A stretch of DNA of 64,000 bases from Eledone cirrhosa (GCA_964016885.1 OZ024745.1:47058001-47122000), one strand, 5' to 3'. Shown: positions 14,201-32,200, counted from the first letter of the stretch. Notes: generated by a model not told the origin, from the letters alone. Program-made: numbers and translations.

Positions 14201-17200
14201 TTATCATGACACCAGCACTACCACCTTACAGTGTCAACTAGGAGCATTTTATCATGACACCAGCACTACCACCTTACAGTGTGTACTGGGAGCATGATAT
14301 CATGACACCAACACTACCACCTTACAGTGTGAACTGGGAGCATGTTATCATGACACCAGCACTACCACCTTACAGTGTGAACTAGGAACATTTTATCATG
14401 ACACCAGCACTACCACCTTACAGTGTGTACTGGGAGCATGTTATCATGACACCAGCACTACAACCTTACAGTGTGAACTGGGAACATTTTATCATGACAC
14501 CAGCACTACCACCTTACAGTGTGAACTAGAAGCATTTTATCATGACACCAGCACTACCACCTTACAGTGTGAACTGGGAACATTTTATCATGACACCAGC
14601 ACTACCACCTTACAGTGTGAACTAGGTGCATTTTATCATGACACCAGCACTACCACCTTACAGTGTGAACTGGGAGCATGTTATCATGACACCAGCACTA
14701 CCACCTTACAGTGTGAACTAGGAACATTTTATCACGACACCAGCACTACCACCTTACAGTGTGAACTAGGAACATTTTATCATGACACCAGCACTACCAC
14801 CTTACAGTGTGAACTAGGAGCATTTTATCATGACACCAGCACTACCACCTTACTGTGTGTACTGGGAACATTTTATCATGACACCAGCACTACCACCTTA
14901 CAGTGTGAACTAGGAACATTTTATCATGACACCAGCACTACCACCTTACAGTGTGAACTGGGAGCATGTTATCATGACACCAGCACTACCACCTTACAGT
15001 GTGAACTGGGAACATTTTATCATGACACCAGCACTACCACCTTACAGTGTGAACTAGGAACATTTTATCATGACACCAGCACTACCACCTTACAGTGTGT
15101 ACTGGGAGCATGTTATCATGACACCAACACTACCACCTTACAGTGTGAACTGGGAGCATTTTATCATGACACCAGCACTACCACCTTACAGTGCGTACTG
15201 GGAACATTTTATCATGACACCAGCACTACCACCTTACAGTGTGAACTAGGAGCATTTTATAATGACACCAGCACTACCACCTTACAGTGTGTACTGGGAA
15301 CATTTTATCATGACACCAGCACTACCACCTTACAGTGTGTACTGGGAACATTTTATCATGACACCAGCACTACCACCTTACAGTGTGAACTGGGAGCATG
15401 TTATCATGACACCAGCACTACCACCTTACAGTGTGAACTGGGAGCATTTTATCATGACACCAGCACTACCACCTTACAGTGTGTACTAGGAGCATTTTAT
15501 CATGACACCAGCACTACCAGCTTACAGTGTCAACTAGGAGCATTTTCTCATGACACCAGCACTACCACCTTACAGTGTGAACTAGGAACATTTTATCATG
15601 ACACCAGCACTACCACCTTACAGTGTGAACTGGGAGCATGTTATCATGACACCAGCACTACCACCTTACAGTGTGAACTAGGAGCATTTTATCATGACAC
15701 CAGCACTACCACCTTACAGTGTGAACTGGGAACATTTTATCATGACACCAGCACTACCACCTTACAGTGTGAACTAGGAACATTTTATCATGAAACCAGC
15801 ACTACCACCTTACAGTGTGAACTAGGAACATTTTATCATGACACCAGCACTACCACCTTACAGTGTGAACTAGGAACATTTTATCATGACACCAGCACTA
15901 CCACCTTACAGTGTGTACTGGGAGCATGTTATCATGTCACCAGCACTACCACCTTACAGTGTGTACTGGGAGCATGTTATCATGACACCAGCACTACCAC
16001 CTTACAGTGTGTACTGGGAGCATGTTATCATGACACCAGCACTACCACCTTACAGTGTGAACTGGGAGCATTTTATCATGACACCAGCACTACCACCTTA
16101 CAGTGTCAACTAGGAGCATTTTATCATGACACCAGCACTACCACCTTACAGTGTGAACTGGGAGCATGTTATCATGACACCAGCACTACCACCTTACAGT
16201 GTGAACTGGGAACATTTTATCATGACACCAGCACTACCACCTTACAGTGTGAACTAGGAGCATTTTATCATGACACCAGCACTACCACCTTACAGTGTGA
16301 ACTAGGAGCATTTTATCATGACACCAGCACTACCACCTTACAGTATGAACTGGGAGCATGTTATCATGACACCAGCACTACCACCTTACAGTGTGTACTG
16401 GGAACATTTTATCATGACACCAGCACTACCACCTGACAGTGTGAACTAGGAGCATGTTATCATGACACCAGCACTACCACCTTACAGTGTGAACTAGGAA
16501 CATTTTATCATGACACCAGCACTACCACCTTACAGTGTGAACTAGGAGCATTTTATCATGACACCAGCACTACCACCTTACTGTGTGAACTAGGAGCATT
16601 TTATCATGACACCAGCACTACCACCTTACTGTGTGTACTGGGAACATTTTATCATGACACCAGCACTACCACCTTACAGTGTGAACTAGGAGCATTTTAT
16701 CATGACACCAGCACTACCACCTTACAGTATGAACTGGGAGCATGTTATCATGACACCAGCACTACCACCTTACAGTGTGTACTGGGAACATTTTATCATG
16801 ACACCAGCACTACCACCTGACAGTGTGAACTAGGAGCATGTTATCATGACACCAGCACTACCACCTTACAGTGTGAACTAGGAACATTTTATCATGACAC
16901 CAGCACTACCACCTTACAGTGTGAACTAGGAGCATTTTATCATGACACCAGCACTACCACCTTACAGTGTGAACTAGGAGCATTTTATCATGACACCAGC
17001 ACTACCACCTTACTGTGTGTACTGGGAACATTTTATCATGACACCAGCACTACCACCTTACAGTGTGAACTAGGAACATTTTATCATGACACCAGCACTA
17101 CCACCTTACAGTGTGAACTGGGAGCATGTTATCATGACACCAGCACTACCAACTTACAGTGTGAACTAGGAACATTTTATCATGACACCAGCACTACCAC

Positions 17201-20200
17201 CTTACAGTGTGAACTGGGAGCATGTTATCATGACACCAGCACTACCACCGTACAGTGTGGACTGGGAACATTTTATCATGACACCAGCACTACCACCTGA
17301 CAGTGTGAACTAGGAACATTTTATCATGACACCAGCACTACCACCTTACAGTGTGTACTGGGAGCATGTTATCATGACACCAACACTACCACCTTACAGT
17401 GTGAACAGGGAGCATTTTATCATGACACCAGCACTACCACCTTACAGTGTGAACTAGGAGCATTTTATCATGACACCAGCACTACCACCTTACAGTGTGA
17501 ACTAGGAGCATTTTATAATGACACCAGCACTACCACCTTACAGTGTGTACTGGGAACATTTTATCATGACACCAGCACTACCACCTTACAGTGTGTACTG
17601 GGAACATTTTATCATGACACCAGCACTACCACCTTACAGTGTGAACTGGGAGCATGTTATCATGACACCAGCACTACCACCTTACAGTGTGAACTGGGAG
17701 CATTTTATCATGACACCAGCACTACCACCTTACAGTGTGTACTGGGAGCATTTTATCATGACACCAGCACTACCAGCTTACAGTGTCAACTAGGAGCATT
17801 TTCTCATGACACCAGCACTACCACCTTACAGTGTGAACTAGGAACATTTTATCATGACACCAGCACTACCACCTTACAGTGTGAACTGGGAGCATGTTAT
17901 CATGACACCAGCACTACCACCTTACAGTGTGAACTAGGAGCATTTTATCATGACACCAGCACTACCACCTTACAGTGTGAACTGGGAACATTTTATCATG
18001 ACACCAGCACTACCACCTTACAGTGTGAACTAGGAACATTTTATCATGAAACCAGCACTACCACCTTACAGTGTGAACTAGGAACATTTTATCATGACAC
18101 CAGCACTACCACCTTACAGTGTGAACTAGGAGCATTTTATCATGACACCAGCACTACCACCTTACAGTGTGAACTAGGAGCATTTTATCATGACACCAGC
18201 ACTACCACCTTACAGTATGAACTGGGAGCATGTTATCATGACACCAGCACTACCACCTTACAGTGTGTACTGGGAACATTTTATCATGACACCAGCACTA
18301 CCACCTGACAGTGTGAACTAGGAGCATGTTATCATGACACCAGCACTACCACCTTACAGTGTGAACTAGGAACATTTTATCACGACACCAGCACTACCAC
18401 CTTACAGTGTGAACTAGGAACATTTTATCATGACACCAGCACTACCACCTTACAGTGTGAACTAGGAGCATTTTATCATGACACCAGCACTACCACCTTA
18501 CTGTGTGTACTGGGAACATTTTATCATGACACCAGCACTACCACCTTACAGTGTGAACTAGGAACATTTTATCATGACACCAGCACTACCACCTTACAGT
18601 GTGAACTGGGAGCATGTTATCATGACACCAGCACTACCACCTTACAGTGTGAACTAGGAACATTTTATCATGACACCAGCACTACAACCTTACAGTGTGA
18701 ACTGGGAGCATGTTATCATGACACCAGCACTACCACCTTACAGTGTCAACTAGGAGCATTTTATCATGACACCAGCACTACCACCTTACAGTGTGAACTA
18801 GCAGCATTTTATCATGACACCAGCACTACCACCTTACAGTGTGAACTGGGAACATTTTATCATGACACCAGCACTACCACCTTACAGTGTGAACTAGGAA
18901 CATTTTATCATGACACCAGCACTACCACCTTACAGTGTGTACTGGGAGCATGTTATCATGACACCAACACTACCACCTTACAGTGTGAACTGGGAGCATT
19001 TTATCATGACACCAGCACTACCACCTTACAGTGCGTACTGGGTACATTTTATCATGACACCAGCACTACCACCTTACAGTGTGAACTAGGAGCATTTTAT
19101 AATGACACCAGCACTACCACCTTACAGTGTGTACTGGGAACATTTTATCATGACACCAGCACTACCACCTTACAGTGTGTACTGGGAACATTTTATCATG
19201 ACACCAGCACTACCACCTTACAGTGTGAACTGGGAGCATGTTATCATGACACCAGCACTACCACCTTACAGTGTGAACTGGGAGCATTTTATCATGACAC
19301 CAGCACTACCACCTTACAGTGTGTACTGGGAGCATTTTATCATGACACCAGCACTACCAGCTTACAGTGTCAACTAGGAGCATTTTCTCATGACACCAGC
19401 ACTACCACCTTACAGTGTGAACTAGGAACATTTTATCATGACACCAGCACTACCACCTTACAGTGTGAACTGGGAGCATGTTATCATGACACCAGCACTA
19501 CCACCTTACAGTGTGAACTAGGAGCATTTTATCATGACACCAGCACTACCACCTTACAGTGTGAACTGGGAACATTTTATCATGACACCAGCACTACCAC
19601 CTTACAGTGTGAACTAGGAACATTTTATCATGAAACCAGCACTACCACCTTACAGTGTGAACTAGGAACATTTTATCATGACACTAGCACTACCACCTTA
19701 CAGTGTGAACTAGGAACATTTTATCATGACACCAGCACTACCACCTTACAGTGTGTACTGGGAGCATGTTATCATGTCACCAGCACTACCACCTTACAGT
19801 GTGTACTGGGAGCATGTTATCATGACACCAGCACTACCACCTTACAGTGTGTACTGGGAGCATGTTATCATGACACCAGCACTACCACCTTACAGTGTGA
19901 ACTGGGAGCATTTTATCATGACACCAGCACTACCACCTTACAGTGTCAACTAGGAGCATTTTATCATGACACCAGCACTACCACCTTACAGTGTGAACTG
20001 GGAGCATGTTATCATGACACCAGCACTACCACCTTACTGTGTGTACTGGGAACATTTTATCATGACACCAGCACTACCACCTTACAGTGTGAACTAGGAA
20101 CATTTTATCATGACACCAGCACTACCACCTTACAGTGTCAACTAGGAGCATTTTATCATGACACCAGCACTACCACCTTACAGTGTGTACTGGGAGCATG

Positions 20201-23200
20201 TTATCATGACACCAACACTACCACCTTACAGTGTGAACTGGGAGCATGTTATCATGACACCAGCAATACCACCTTACAGTGTGTACTGGGAACATTTTAT
20301 CATGACACCAGCACTACCACCTTACAGTGTGAACTGGGAACATTTTATCATGACGCCAGCACTACCACCTTACAGTGTGAACTAGGAGCATTTTATCATG
20401 ACACCAGCACTACCACCTTACAGTGTGAACTGGGAGCATGTTATCATGACACCAGCACTACCACCTTACAGTGTGAACTAGGAACATTTTATCACCACAC
20501 CAGCACTACCACCTTACAGTGTGAACTAGGAACATTTTATCATGACACCAGCACTACTACCTTACAGTGTGAACTAGGAGCATTTTATCATGACACCAGC
20601 ACTACCACCTTACTGTGTGTACTGGGAACATTTTATCATGACACCAGCACTACCACCTTACAGTGTGAACTATGAACATTTTATCATGACACCAGCACTA
20701 CCACCTTACAGTGTGAACTGGGAGCATGTTATCATGACACCAGCACTACCACCTTACAGTGTGAACTGGGAACATTTTATCATGACACCAGCACTACCAC
20801 CTTACAGTGTGAACTAGGAACATTTTATCATGACACCAGCACTACCACCTTACAGTGTGTACTGGGAGCATGTTATCATGACACCAACACTACCACCTTA
20901 CAGTGTGAACTGGGAGCATTTTATCATGACACCAGCACTACCACCGTACAGTGCGTACTGGGAACATTTTATCATGACACCAGCACTACCACCTTACAGT
21001 GTGAACTAGGAGCATTTTATCATGACACCAGCACTACCACCTTACAGTGTGTACTGGGAACATTTTATCATGACACCAGCACTACCACCTTACAGTGTGA
21101 ACTGGGAGCATGTTATCATGACACCAGCACTACCACCTTACAGTGTGAACTGGGAGCATTTTATCATGACACCAGCACTACCACCTTACAGTGTGTACTG
21201 GGAGCATTTTATCATGACACCAGCACTACCAGCTTACAGTGTCAACTAGGAGCATTTTCTCATGACACCAGCACTACCACCTTACAGTGTAAACTAGGAA
21301 CATTTTATCATGACACCAGCACTACCACCTTACAGTGTGAACTGGGAGCATGTTATCATGACACCAGCACTACCACCTTACAGTGTGAACTGGGAACATT
21401 TTATCATGACACCAGCACTACCACCTTACAGTGTGAACTAGGAGCATTTTATCATGACACCAGCACTACCACCTTACAGTGTGAACTAGGAGCATTTTAT
21501 CATGACACCAGCACTACCACCTTACAGTATGAACTGGGAGCATGTTATCATGACACCAGCACTACCACCTTACAGTGTGTACTGGGAACATTTTATCATG
21601 ACACCAGCACTACCACCTGACAGTGTGAACTAGGAGCATGTTATCATGACACCAGCACTACCACCTTACAGTGTGTACTGGGAACATTTTATCATGACAC
21701 CAGCACTACCAACTTACAGAGTGAACTAGGAGCATTTTATCATGACACCAGCACTACCACCTTACTGTGTGTACTGGGAACATTTTATCATGACACCAGC
21801 ACTACCACCTTACAGTGTGAACTAGGAACATTTTATCATGACACCAGCACTACCACCTTACAGTGTGAACTGGGAGCATGTTATCATGACACCAGCACTA
21901 CCACCTTACAGTGTGAACTAGGAACATTTTATCATGACACCAGCACTACCACCTTACAGTGTGAACTGGGAGCATGTTATCATGACACCAGCACTACCAC
22001 CTTACAGTGTGAACTGGGAACATTTTATCATGACACCAGCACTACCACCTTACAGTGTGAACTAGGAACATTTTATCATGACACCAGCACTACCACCTTA
22101 CAGTGTGTACTGGGAGCATGTTATCATGACACCAACACTACCACCTTACAGTGTGAACTGGGAGCATTTTATCATGACACCAGCACTACAACCTTACAGT
22201 GCGTACTGGGTACATTTTATCATGACACCAGCACTACCACCTTACAGTGTGAACTAGGAGCATTTTATAATGACACCAGCACTACCACCTTACAGTGTGT
22301 ACTGGGAACATTTTATCATGACACCAGCACTACCACCTTACAGTGTGTACTGGGAACATTTTATCATGACACCAGCACTACCACCTTACAGTGTGAACTG
22401 GGAGCATGTTATCATGACACCAGCACTACCACCTTACAGTGTGAACTGGGAGCATTTTATCATGACACCAGCACTACCACCTTACAGTGTGTACTGGGAG
22501 CATTTTATCATGACACCAGCACTACCAGCTTACAGTGTCAACTAGGAGCATTTTCTCATGACACCAGCACTACCACCTTACAGTGTGAACTAGGAACATT
22601 TTATCATGACACCAGCACTACCACTTTACAGTGTGAACTGGGAGCATGTTATCATGACACCAGCACTACCACCTTACAGTGTGAACTAGGAGCATTTTAT
22701 CATGACACCAGCACTACCACCTTACAGTGTGAACTGGGAACATTTTATCATGACACCAGCACTACCACCTTACAGTGTGAACTAGGAACATTTTATCATG
22801 AAACCAGCACTACCACCTTACGGTGTGAACTAGGAACATTTTATCATGACATCAGCACTACCACCTTACAGTGTGAACTAGGAACATTTTATCATGACAC
22901 CAGCACTACCACCTTACAGTGTGTACTGGGAGCATGTTATCATGTCACCAGCACTACCACCTTACAGTGTGTACTGGGAGCATGTTATCATTACACCTGC
23001 ACTACCACCTTACAGTGTGTACTGGGAGCATGTTATCATGACACCAGCACTACCACCTTACAGTGTGAACTGGGAGCATTTTATCATGACACCAGCACTA
23101 CCACCTTACAGTGTCAACTAGGAGCATTTTATCATGACACCAGCACTACCACCTTACAGTGTGAACTGGGAACATTTTATCATGACACCAGCACTACCAC

Positions 23201-26200
23201 CTTACAGTGTGAACTAGGAGCATTTTATCATGACACCAGCACTACCACCTTACAGTGTGAACTGGGAACATTTTATCATGACACCAGCACTACCACCTTA
23301 CAGTGTGAACTAGGAACATTTTATCATGACACCAGCACTACCACCTGACAGTGTGAACTAGGAGCATGTTATCATGACACCAGCACTACCACCTTACAGT
23401 GTGAACTAGGAACATTTTATCATGACACCAGCACTACCACCTTACAGTGTGAACTAGGAGCATTTTATCATGACACCAGCACTACCACCTTACTGTGTGT
23501 ACTGGGAACATTTTATCATGACACCAGCACTACCACCTTACAGTGTGAACTAGGAACATTTTATCATGACACCAGCACTACCACCTTACAGTGTCAACTA
23601 TGAGCATTTTATCATGACACCAGCACTACCACCTTACAGTGTGTACTGGGAGCATGTTATCATGACACCAACACTACCACCTTACAGTGTGAACTGGGAG
23701 CATGTTATCATGACACCAGCACTACCACCTTACAGTGTGTACTGGGAACATTTTATCATGACACCAGCACTACCACCTTACAGTGTGAACTGGGAACATT
23801 TTATCATGACACCAGCACTACCACCTTACAGTGTGAACTAGGAGCATTTTATCATGACACCAGCACTACCACCTTACAGTGTGAACTGGGAGCATGTTAT
23901 CATGACACCAGCACTACCACCTTACAGTGTGAACTAGGAACATTTTATCACAACACCAGCACTACCACCTTACAGTGTGAACTAGGAACATTTTATCATG
24001 ACACCAGCACTACCACCTTACAGTGTGAACTAGGAGCATTTTATCATGACACCAGCACTACCACCTTACTGTGTGTACTGGGAACATTTTATCATGACAC
24101 CAGCACTACCACCTTACAGTGTGAACTAGGAACATTTTATCATGACACCAGCACTACCACCTTACAGTGTGAACTGGGAGCATGTTATCATGACACCAGC
24201 ACTACCACCTTACAGTGTGAACTGGGAACATTTTATCATGACACCAGCACTACCACCTTACAGTGTGTACTGGGAGCATGTTATCATGACACCAACACTA
24301 CCACCTTACAGTGTGAACTGGGAGCATTTTATCATGACACCAGCACTACCACCTTACAGTGCGTACTGGGAACATTTTATCATGACACCAGCACTACCAC
24401 CTTACAGTGTGAACTAGGAGCATTTTATCATGACACCAGCACTACCACCTTACAGTGTGTACTGGGAGCATTTTATCATGACACCAGCACTACCAGCTTA
24501 CAGTGTCAACTAGGAGCATTTTCTCATGACACCAGCACTACCACCTTACAGTGTGAACTAGGAACATTTTATCATGACACCAGCACTACCACCTTACAGT
24601 GTGAACTGGGAGCATGTTATCATGACACCAGCACTACCACCTTACAGTGTGAACTAGGAGCATTTTATCATGACACCAGCACTACCACCTTACAGTGTGA
24701 ACTGGGAACATTTTATCATGACACCAGCACTACCACCTTACAGTGTGTACTGGGAACATTTTATCATGACACCAGCACTACCACCTTACAGTGTGTACTG
24801 GGAACATTTTATCATGACACCAGCACTACCACCTTACAGTGTGTACTGGGAACATGTTATCATGACACCAGCACTACCACCTTACAGTGTGTACTGGGAG
24901 CATTTTATCATGACACCAGCACTACCACCTTACAGTGTGAACTAGGAGCATTTTATCATGACACCAGCACTACCACCTTACAGTGTGAACTAGGAACATT
25001 TTATCATGACACCAGCACTACCACCTTACAGTGTGAACTAGGAACATTTTATCATGACACCAGCACTACCACCTTACAGTGTGTACTGGGAGCATGTTAT
25101 CATGTCACCAGCACTACCACCTTACAGTGTGTACTGGGAGCATGTTATCATGACACCAGCACTACCACCTTACAGTCTGAACTGGGAGCATTTTATCATG
25201 ACACCAGCACTACCACCTTACAGTGTCAACTAGGAGCATTTTATCATGACACCAGCACTACCACCTTACAGTGTGAACTAGCAGCATTTTATCATGACAC
25301 CAGCACTACCACCTTACTGTGTGTACTGGGAACATTTTATCATGACACCAGCACTACCACCTTACAGTGTGAACTAGGAACATTTTATCATGACACCAGC
25401 ACTACCACCTTACAGTGTCAACTAGGAGCATTTTATCATGACACCAGCACTACCACCTTACAGTGTGTACTGGGAGCATGATATCATGACACCAACACTA
25501 CCACCTTACAGTGTGAACTGGGAGCATGTTATCATGACACCAGCACTACCACCTTACAGTGTGAACTAGGAACATTTTATCATGACACCAGCACTACCAC
25601 CTTACAGTGTGTACTGGGAGCATGTTATCATGACACCAGCACTACAACCTTACAGTGTGAACTGGGAACATTTTATCATGACACCAGCACTACCACCTTA
25701 CAGTGTGAACTAGAAGCATTTTATCATGACACCAGCACTACCACCTTACAGTGTGAACTGGGAACATTTTATCATGACACCAGCACTACCACCTTACAGT
25801 GTGAACTAGGTGCATTTTATCATGACACCAGCACTACCACCTTACAGTGTGAACTGGGAGCATGTTATCATGACACCAGCACTACCACCTTACAGTGTGA
25901 ACTAGGAACATTTTATCACGACACCAGCACTACCACCTTACAGTGTGAACTAGGAACATTTTATCATGACACCAGCACTACCACCTTACAGTGTGAACTA
26001 GGAGCATTTTATCATGACACCAGCACTACCACCTTACTGTGTGTACTGGGAACATTTTATCATGACACCAGCACTACCACCTTACAGTGTGAACTAGGAA
26101 CATTTTATCATGACACCAGCACTACCACCTTACAGTGTGAACTGGGAGCATGTTATCATGACACCAGCACTACCACCTTACAGTGTGAACTGGGAACATT

Positions 26201-29200
26201 TTATCATGACACCAGCACTACCACCTTACAGTGTGAACTAGGAACATTTTATCATGACACCAGCACTACCACCTTACAGTGTGTACTGGGAGCATGTTAT
26301 CATGACACCAACACTACCACCTTACAGTGTGAACTGGGAGCATTTTATCATGACACCAGCACTACCACCTTACAGTGCGTACTGGGAACATTTTATCATG
26401 ACACCAGCACTACCACCTTACAGTGTGAACTAGGAGCATTTTATAATGACACCAGCACTACCACCTTACAGTGTGTACTGGGAACATTTTATCATGACAC
26501 CAGCACTACCACCTTACAGTGTGTACTGGGAACATTTTATCATGACACCAGCACTACCACCTTACAGTGTGAACTGGGAGCATGTTATCATGACACCAGC
26601 ACTACCACCTTACAGTGTGAACTGGGAGCATTTTATCATGACACCAGCACTACCACCTTACAGTGTGTACTAGGAGCATTTTATCATGACACCAGCACTA
26701 CCAGCTTACAGTGTCAACTAGGAGCATTTTCTCATGACACCAGCACTACCACCTTACAGTGTGAACTAGGAACATTTTATCATGACACCAGCACTACCAC
26801 CTTACAGTGTGAACTGGGAGCATGTTATCATGACACCAGCACTACCACCTTACAGTGTGAACTAGGAGCATTTTATCATGACACCAGCACTACCACCTTA
26901 CAGTGTGAACTGGGAACATTTTATCATGACACCAGCACTACCACCTTACAGTGTGAACTAGGAACATTTTATCATGAAACCAGCACTACCACCTTACAGT
27001 GTGAACTAGGAACATTTTATCATGACACCAGCACTACCACCTTACAGTGTGAACTAGGAACATTTTATCATGACACCAGCACTACCACCTTACAGTGTGT
27101 ACTGGGAGCATGTTATCATGTCACCAGCACTACCACCTTACAGTGTGTACTGGGAGCATGTTATCATGACACCAGCACTACCACCTTACAGTGTGTACTG
27201 GGAGCATGTTATCATGACACCAGCACTACCACCTTACAGTGTGAACTGGGAGCATTTTATCATGACACCAGCACTACCACCTTACAGTGTCAACTAGGAG
27301 CATTTTATCATGACACCAGCACTACCACCTTACAGTGTGAACTGGGAGCATGTTATCATGACACCAGCACTACCACCTTACAGTGTGAACTGGGAACATT
27401 TTATCATGACACCAGCACTACCACCTTACAGTGTGAACTAGGAGCATTTTATCATGACACCAGCACTACCACCTTACAGTGTGAACTAGGAGCATTTTAT
27501 CATGACACCAGCACTACCACCTTACAGTATGAACTGGGAGCATGTTATCATGACACCAGCACTACCACCTTACAGTGTGTACTGGGAACATTTTATCATG
27601 ACACCAGCACTACCACCTGACAGTGTGAACTAGGAGCATGTTATCATGACACCAGCACTACCACCTTACAGTGTGAACTAGGAACATTTTATCATGACAC
27701 CAGCACTACCACCTTACAGTGTGAACTAGGAGCATTTTATCATGACACCAGCACTACCACCTTACTGTGTGAACTAGGAGCATTTTATCATGACACCAGC
27801 ACTACCACCTTACTGTGTGTACTGGGAACATTTTATCATGACACCAGCACTACCACCTTACAGTGTGAACTAGGAGCATTTTATCATGACACCAGCACTA
27901 CCACCTTACAGTATGAACTGGGAGCATGTTATCATGACACCAGCACTACCACCTTACAGTGTGTACTGGGAACATTTTATCATGACACCAGCACTACCAC
28001 CTGACAGTGTGAACTAGGAGCATGTTATCATGACACCAGCACTACCACCTTACAGTGTGAACTAGGAACATTTTATCATGACACCAGCACTACCACCTTA
28101 CAGTGTGAACTAGGAGCATTTTATCATGACACCAGCACTACCACCTTACAGTGTGAACTAGGAGCATTTTATCATGACACCAGCACTACCACCTTACTGT
28201 GTGTACTGGGAACATTTTATCATGACACCAGCACTACCACCTTACAGTGTGAACTAGGAACATTTTATCATGACACCAGCACTACCACCTTACAGTGTGA
28301 ACTGGGAGCATGTTATCATGACACCAGCACTACCAACTTACAGTGTGAACTAGGAACATTTTATCATGACACCAGCACTACCACCTTACAGTGTGAACTG
28401 GGAGCATGTTATCATGACACCAGCACTACCACCGTACAGTGTGGACTGGGAACATTTTATCATGACACCAGCACTACCACCTGACAGTGTGAACTAGGAA
28501 CATTTTATCATGACACCAGCACTACCACCTTACAGTGTGTACTGGGAGCATGTTATCATGACACCAACACTACCACCTTACAGTGTGAACAGGGAGCATT
28601 TTATCATGACACCAGCACTACCACCTTACAGTGTGAACTAGGAGCATTTTATCATGACACCAGCACTACCACCTTACAGTGTGAACTAGGAGCATTTTAT
28701 AATGACACCAGCACTACCACCTTACAGTGTGTACTGGGAACATTTTATCATGACACCAGCACTACCACCTTACAGTGTGTACTGGGAACATTTTATCATG
28801 ACACCAGCACTACCACCTTACAGTGTGAACTGGGAGCATGTTATCATGACACCAGCACTACCACCTTACATTGTGAACTGGGAGCATTTTATCATGACAC
28901 CAGCACTACCACCTTACAGTGTGTACTGGGAGCATTTTATCATGACACCAGCACTACCAGCTTACAGTGTCAACTAGGAGCATTTTCTCATGACACCAGC
29001 ACTACCACCTTACAGTGTGAACTAGGAACATTTTATCATGACACCAGCACTACCACCTTACAGTGTGAACTGGGAGCATGTTATCATGACACCAGCACTA
29101 CCACCTTACAGTGTGAACTAGGAGCATTTTATCATGACACCAGCACTACCACCTTACAGTGTGAACTGGGAACATTTTATCATGACACCAGCACTACCAC

Positions 29201-32200
29201 CTTACAGTGTGAACTAGGAACATTTTATCATGAAACCAGCACTACCACCTTACAGTGTGAACTAGGAACATTTTATCATGACACCAGCACTACCACCTTA
29301 CAGTGTGAACTAGGAGCATTTTATCATGACACCAGCACTACCACCTTACAGTGTGAACTAGGAGCATTTTATCATGACACCAGCACTACCACCTTACAGT
29401 ATGAACTGGGAGCATGTTATCATGACACCAGCACTACCACCTTACAGTGTGTACTGGGAACATTTTATCATGACACCAGCACTACCACCTGACAGTGTGA
29501 ACTAGGAGCATGTTATCATGACACCAGCACTACCACCTTACAGTGTGAACTAGGAACATTTTATCACGACACCAGCACTACCACCTTACAGTGTGAACTA
29601 GGAACATTTTATCATGACACCAGCACTACCACCTTACAGTGTGAACTAGGAGCATTTTATCATGACACCAGCACTACCACCTTACTGTGTGTACTGGGAA
29701 CATTTTATCATGACACCAGCACTACCACCTTACAGTGTGAACTAGGAACATTTTATCATGACACCAGCACTACCACCTTACAGTGTGAACTGGGAGCATG
29801 TTATCATGACACCAGCACTACCACCTTACAGTGTGAACTAGGAACATTTTATCATGACACCAGCACTACAACCTTACAGTGTGAACTGGGAGCATGTTAT
29901 CATGACACCAGCACTACCACCTTACAGTGTCAACTAGGAGCATTTTATCATGACACCAGCACTACCACCTTACAGTGTGAACTAGCAGCATTTTATCATG
30001 ACACCAGCACTACCACCTTACAGTGTGAACTGGGAACATTTTATCATGACACCAGCACTACCACCTTACAGTGTGAACTAGGAACATTTTATCATGACAC
30101 CAGCACTACCACCTTACAGTGTGTACTGGGAGCATGTTATCATGACACCAACACTACCACCTTACAGTGTGAACTGGGAGCATTTTATCATGACACCAGC
30201 ACTACCACCTTACAGTGCGTACTGGGTACATTTTATCATGACACCAGCACTACCACCTTACAGTGTGAACTAGGAGCATTTTATAATGACACCAGCACTA
30301 CCACCTTACAGTGTGTACTGGGAACATTTTATCATGACACCAGCACTACCACCTTACAGTGTGTACTGGGAACATTTTATCATGACACCAGCACTACCAC
30401 CTTACAGTGTGAACTGGGAGCATGTTATCATGACACCAGCACTACCACCTTACAGTGTGAACTGGGAGCATTTTATCATGACACCAGCACTACCACCTTA
30501 CAGTGTGTACTGGGAGCATTTTATCATGACACCAGCACTACCAGCTTACAGTGTCAACTAGGAGCATTTTCTCATGACACCAGCACTACCACCTTACAGT
30601 GTGAACTAGGAACATTTTATCATGACACCAGCACTACCACCTTACAGTGTGAACTGGGAGCATGTTATCATGACACCAGCACTACCACCTTACAGTGTGA
30701 ACTAGGAGCATTTTATCATGACACCAGCACTACCACCTTACAGTGTGAACTGGGAACATTTTATCATGACACCAGCACTACCACCTTACAGTGTGAACTA
30801 GGAACATTTTATCATGAAACCAGCACTACCACCTTACAGTGTGAACTAGGAACATTTTATCATGACACTAGCACTACCACCTTACAGTGTGAACTAGGAA
30901 CATTTTATCATGACACCAGCACTACCACCTTACAGTGTGTACTGGGAGCATGTTATCATGTCACCAGCACTACCACCTTACAGTGTGTACTGGGAGCATG
31001 TTATCATGACACCAGCACTACCACCTTACAGTGTGTACTGGGAGCATGTTATCATGACACCAGCACTACCACCTTACAGTGTGAACTGGGAGCATTTTAT
31101 CATGACACCAGCACTACCACCTTACAGTGTCAACTAGGAGCATTTTATCATGACACCAGCACTACCACCTTACAGTGTGAACTGGGAGCATGTTATCATG
31201 ACACCAGCACTACCACCTTACTGTGTGTACTGGGAACATTTTATCATGACACCAGCACTACCACCTTACAGTGTGAACTAGGAACATTTTATCATGACAC
31301 CAGCACTACCACCTTACAGTGTCAACTAGGAGCATTTTATCATGACACCAGCACTACCACCTTACAGTGTGTACTGGGAGCATGTTATCATGACACCAAC
31401 ACTACCACCTTACAGTGTGAACTGGGAGCATGTTATCATGACACCAGCAATACCACCTTACAGTGTGTACTGGGAACATTTTATCATGACACCAGCACTA
31501 CCACCTTACAGTGTGAACTGGGAACATTTTATCATGACGCCAGCACTACCACCTTACAGTGTGAACTAGGAGCATTTTATCATGACACCAGCACTACCAC
31601 CTTACAGTGTGAACTGGGAGCATGTTATCATGACACCAGCACTACCACCTTACAGTGTGAACTAGGAACATTTTATCACCACACCAGCACTACCACCTTA
31701 CAGTGTGAACTAGGAACATTTTATCATGACACCAGCACTACTACCTTACAGTGTGAACTAGGAGCATTTTATCATGACACCAGCACTACCACCTTACTGT
31801 GTGTACTGGGAACATTTTATCATGACACCAGCACTACCACCTTACAGTGTGAACTATGAACATTTTATCATGACACCAGCACTACCACCTTACAGTGTGA
31901 ACTGGGAGCATGTTATCATGACACCAGCACTACCACCTTACAGTGTGAACTGGGAACATTTTATCATGACACCAGCACTACCACCTTACAGTGTGAACTA
32001 GGAACATTTTATCATGACACCAGCACTACCACCTTACAGTGTGTACTGGGAGCATGTTATCATGACACCAACACTACCACCTTACAGTGTGAACTGGGAG
32101 CATTTTATCATGACACCAGCACTACCACCGTACAGTGCGTACTGGGAACATTTTATCATGACACCAGCACTACCACCTTACAGTGTGAACTAGGAGCATT